Below are positions 60,789 through 64,000 of a stretch of DNA of 64,000 bases, piece by piece (positions within the stretch are counted from its first letter, which is position 1; each line of letters starts with the position of its first letter). The stretch lies in the NCBI GenBank assembly GCA_963758525.1, contig CAVWVQ010000003.1:2912001-2976000 (forward strand), written 5' to 3'. The translations under genes were made by a program, and so were the position numbers. Source of the stretch: an uncultured Phycisphaerales bacterium (lineage in GTDB: Bacteria > Planctomycetota > Phycisphaerae > Tepidisphaerales > Tepidisphaeraceae). The notes under the pieces are model-generated. The model saw only the letters and a list, made by a program, of their open reading frames with translations, was not told the DNA's origin and did no database searches.

Positions 60789-62414
60789 TTAAACGGCAAC
60801 GGGCGCCGCTTGCGACGTGGCATTTGCCGCGGAATCCGGATCGCTCCGCGTGAACGAAAGAAGCAAAAAGAACACAGCCAAGCTTCCATACGCCATCGCA
60901 AATTGGTACGGAACCCGGCGATCCTGAACATCCAGCGTCCAGGGCCAATACATCCGCCCGTCAGGCAGCGCGGAGTGAACAATCCCGAAGAATGACAGCA
61001 GTGCCAGCACGAGCAGAAAAAGGGCCGACGCCCGCACCCGCCGCTGGATCAGCGCGGCGACAAATGCTCCCCAAAGCATTCCCGTGAGCACAAAACCGTT
61101 GCCAAGGGCAAAGATAATCTGAAGCTCCGGCAGCGGCTTGCCCGCGGCGGTCATCAGGCGGTGAAAGTCGTTCTGGGAGACGAGGCTCGGGTCCGTGAGT
61201 TTGATCGTCAGCAGGCGGGCGATCGACGGAAATAATGCAAATACGACCGCTGCGCTTTCTGCCCTGGGGACCTCATGGAACGACTGCTCCATGATGTCGA
61301 CCGCGACGAAAACCAGGATCGGCGCCAACACCGCCCGGGGAATCAGCTCCACGACAAACGGCGCGTACCCGAGGATCCCCGCCATGCCGACGACCACGCC
61401 CGTCAGCAGCGTGTAGCCCGCGCGGCATCCGATGCTCTTGTAGGCTGAATGCCCTATGTAAGGTGTCGTCTGAGCGACGCCTCCGCAGAGCCCGGCAAAG
61501 ATCGTCGTGAACGCTTCGATCAACAGGATTGAGCGGGTGTCGTAGTCGTCGCCTGCCAGGCGCGCACTTTCGACGACGTTGATGCCGCCCATTACTGTCA
61601 GCAGGGCGAACGGGAAGATGAGCGGAAGAAAGCCGATCGCGGCCCGCACGGCGCCGACGAACTGCAGCGTGGGGACGGGCAACTCAAAGTAAAGTTGAGG
61701 AAAATGTGGCGGCGCGAATGTCCCGCCTGCTGCTCCCAGCGGCCCCAGGATGTAATAGGCGATCGTACCGATTGAAACAGCGACCAGTATTCCCGGCAAG
61801 TTCCACGGCAGCCGAATGCGTGCGATCACGGTGTAGATGACGATCCCCAGCGAAATCACGCCCACAATCGGCATTTGAAAGATGTCCACCAGCGGGATCG
61901 TGCCGATCAGAGCCAGCCCGATGCCGGCAAGCGATCCCAGCAGCCCGGCCCGCGGTATCGCCCGGTGGATCGCTTTGCCGAGATACGATAGGAGGAGCTT
62001 GGCAATGCCCAGAAGGATCATGCATGCCATGCCGATGCGCCACGTTTCCAATGCCGCATCGTGCGCCGCCATGCCGGTGGAAGTCAGTCGTTGATACGTC
62101 GGGCCGAGCACGATCAGAGCGATCCCAATGGTCGATGGCGTGTCCAACCCCAGGGGAATCGCGGTGATATCAGTTCTGCCCGTTCGCTTTGCCAGCGAGA
62201 ACGCCATCCATGTGTACACCAGGTCACCAGCCAGCACCCCGATCGCGGTGCCGGGAAACATGCGCGTGTAGACCACATCTGCGGGGAAGCTGAAACCAAA
62301 GACCAGGATGCCCGCGAGGAAGGAGAGGACGGTCAGATTATCGAACATCACCCCGAAAAACCCGTTCAAATCCGCGGCAACGAACCAGTGATAGGCCTTT
62401 GGGGAATTGAGCAT
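60789..62414 (-). CDS. Nucleobase permease-like membrane protein (NCS2/AzgA-related)
   Basis: DLNGFFG..FDN, TA.PLG.DTP, ESA..AGD.Y, TPYIGH.AYK..G.R.GY; 13-14 TMs. Confidence 0.65.
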   Translation of the reverse strand: MLNSPKAYHWFVAADLNGFFGVMFDNLTVLSFLAGILVFGFSFPADVVYTRMFPGTAIGVLAGDLVYTWMAFSLAKRTGRTDITAIPLGLDTPSTIGIALIVLGPTYQRLTSTGMAAHDAALETWRIGMACMILLGIAKLLLSYLGKAIHRAIPRAGLLGSLAGIGLALIGTIPLVDIFQMPIVGVISLGIVIYTVIARIRLPWNLPGILVAVSIGTIAYYILGPLGAAGGTFAPPHFPQLYFELPVPTLQFVGAVRAAIGFLPLIFPFALLTVMGGINVVESARLAGDDYDTRSILLIEAFTTIFAGLCGGVAQTTPYIGHSAYKSIGCRAGYTLLTGVVVGMAGILGYAPFVVELIPRAVLAPILVFVAVDIMEQSFHEVPRAESAAVVFALFPSIARLLTIKLTDPSLVSQNDFHRLMTAAGKPLPELQIIFALGNGFVLTGMLWGAFVAALIQRRVRASALFLLVLALLSFFGIVHSALPDGRMYWPWTLDVQDRRVPYQFAMAYGSLAVFFLLLSFTRSDPDSAANATSQAAPVAV

Positions 62415-62638
62415 CGGTCTCTGTGCTTCCATGGTTCGTCGCGCCGATTGGCGGGGAGAGCGTAGTGCTTTCCGGACCGCATGCAACGCTCCACGCCCAG
62501 CGCTGGGGCGCGCCACCCTCTCTGCGCACTACCCCCTCTCCCGGTGTTCCGCGGGATTGCGGGAGAGGGGTAGTGCGCAGAGACGGTCGTGCATCCCCGC
62601 GCTGGTCACACTCCGCGCGCGGCTGTAAAAAAGAAGAA

Positions 62639-63352
62639 ATGACAACCGCCGAACTAGCCGGGAAGATTGACCACACCATTCTCAAACCCGAGGCGCAGGC
62701 CGCCGAGGTGGATCGGATCATCGCCGAGGCGATCGCAATTCATGCCGCGTCGGTGTGCGTGTCCCCAGCCTGGGTGGAGCGCGTGGCGGAAAAATTGCGC
62801 GGCACTGGCGTGCTGACGTGCACCGTGGCCGGCTTCCCGCATGGAACGAGCCGGCCGGCGGTCAAGGCCTATGAATCGGCGCTCGCCATCAGGGAAGGCG
62901 CCGAGGAAGTCGACGTCGTCGCGCACCTTCCGCATCTTGCCAATGGCGATCTGGAGGCTGCCACGGCGGAGTTGACGGAGTTCGCCAAGGCATCCCGCGC
63001 GGTTCGGCAAGACGTTGTCCTTAAGGTGATCGTTGAATCAGCCTATCTGATGACGTTGGGCCCCGACCGCGGAGAAGCTGCCATCGCGCTCGCATGCCGG
63101 GCCGTACGGGAGAGCGGCTGCGATTTCATCAAGACCAGCACCGGCTTCCACCCCGCCGGCGGGGCCAGTGCCGACGCGGTCCGGCTGATGAAGAAGCACG
63201 GGGCAGGACTGCTGATCAAGGCGGCGGGCGGAATTCGCACGCTTGCCACGGCCGAGCAAATGCTCGCGGCCGGCGCCGATCGATTGGGAATGAGCGCATC
63301 GATCGCCGTGCTGGATGAACTTGGCAAGCGCCACATGCCGTCGGGGTCATAG
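62639..63352 (+). CDS. deoC: Deoxyribose-phosphate aldolase
   Basis: IDHTILKP, GFPHG, LKVIVES, DFIKTSTGF, KAAGGIRT. Confidence 0.92.
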   Translation: MTTAELAGKIDHTILKPEAQAAEVDRIIAEAIAIHAASVCVSPAWVERVAEKLRGTGVLTCTVAGFPHGTSRPAVKAYESALAIREGAEEVDVVAHLPHLANGDLEAATAELTEFAKASRAVRQDVVLKVIVESAYLMTLGPDRGEAAIALACRAVRESGCDFIKTSTGFHPAGGASADAVRLMKKHGAGLLIKAAGGIRTLATAEQMLAAGADRLGMSASIAVLDELGKRHMPSGS

Positions 63353-63682
63353 CCTCAGGGGAGTGGGCACTTTATTGTGGAGCAAGCTTTCACTCTGCCG
63401 CTCCAGAGCCTGCACCATCATCACAAGAACCCACAAATAGGGTTCCCTGGTATCTTTGTAGTACAGCCGTCCCGGCTGTGGTGAACATTCAGAGCCGAGA
63501 CGGCTGTGCTACGTCAGGGGATTCCCGATCTTCGCTGCTCTATTTCCTGATACGCAAATCACTTGGAAGTAATTGATCATCTCCATTTGACAGCCGCGCC
63601 ACGCGGGGGCACCGGCGCTCTCACCTGAGCGCCATGACGCGCACGCTTTCAAACGCACGGCTCTGCCGTGAAGGAGATTCGC

Positions 63683-64000
63683 ATGCGAACCAACCAATCC
63701 CGCTGGCCATCAATAATGGCGGCAGCATGTGTCCTGGCCGCTACCGCCACCGCGGCTCACGCGCAACGATCGGGATTTACGCTGCTGCCCAATGCGCCGC
63801 AGCTTTCGCTGTCTCCCGATCCATCGGTCTCGGATGCCGCCGCTGCCGTCACGCCCGAGCAGCAGTTCGTCCAGCCGGTCAGCGATCCCTATCTGAATTA
63901 CGATTCTTTCATCTTCACCGACCTGCGCATGGAGTACGCCTATGCGAACTTCCAGTCCCATGGAGCGCTCGGCGGCGGCGATGCCCAGGTCATCGCGCCT
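63683..64000 (+). CDS. Secreted hypothetical protein, 5' part (runs off the window)
   Basis: AAGGAG RBS; MRTNQSRWPSIMAAACVLAATATAAHA signal peptide; frame open to the end. Confidence 0.6.
   Translation, partial: MRTNQSRWPSIMAAACVLAATATAAHAQRSGFTLLPNAPQLSLSPDPSVSDAAAAVTPEQQFVQPVSDPYLNYDSFIFTDLRMEYAYANFQSHGALGGGDAQVIAP

Overview
High-GC bacterial chromosomal window, most consistent with a planctomycete (Phycisphaerae/Tepidisphaera-like; inferred from LEPRxLL-type N-termini and gene content, not proven). Left to right: end of ilvB; a YSC84-type lipoprotein; an NlpC/P60-like protein; an NspV-like type II restriction-modification pair; a DUF1801/YdeI/ArsR/SRPBCC cassette; an ABC exporter; a ~21.5 kb minus-strand exopolysaccharide locus (wzc, NusG paralogue, deacetylase, 6 glycosyltransferases, Wzy-like protein, Fe/2OG-oxygenase-like protein, rfbF, SDR, two C-methyltransferases, VanZ fusion, lhgO); mnmG; two tandem beta-helix paralogues; lpxD; a GH57; a SAM-I riboswitch controlling a ThrC-like gene; and housekeeping genes (adk-like, pgsA, uppP, M29 peptidase, sufT, sufS-sufE fusion, deoC). 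Intergenic DNA carries at least five REP/REPIN-like palindrome families plus heptamer arrays. About a dozen genes, including mnmG and lpxD, are frameshifted, most likely through sequencing error. Best leads: a REP cassette translated in frame inside SufT; a SAM-regulated ThrC paralogue that probably makes homocysteine; a divergent NspV-like nuclease with an altered catalytic motif; recurrent leaderless-type promoters; and the beta-helix pair near the EPS locus. No CRISPR array, tRNA, rRNA or transposase was found. All family assignments come from motif recognition by eye, not database searches.
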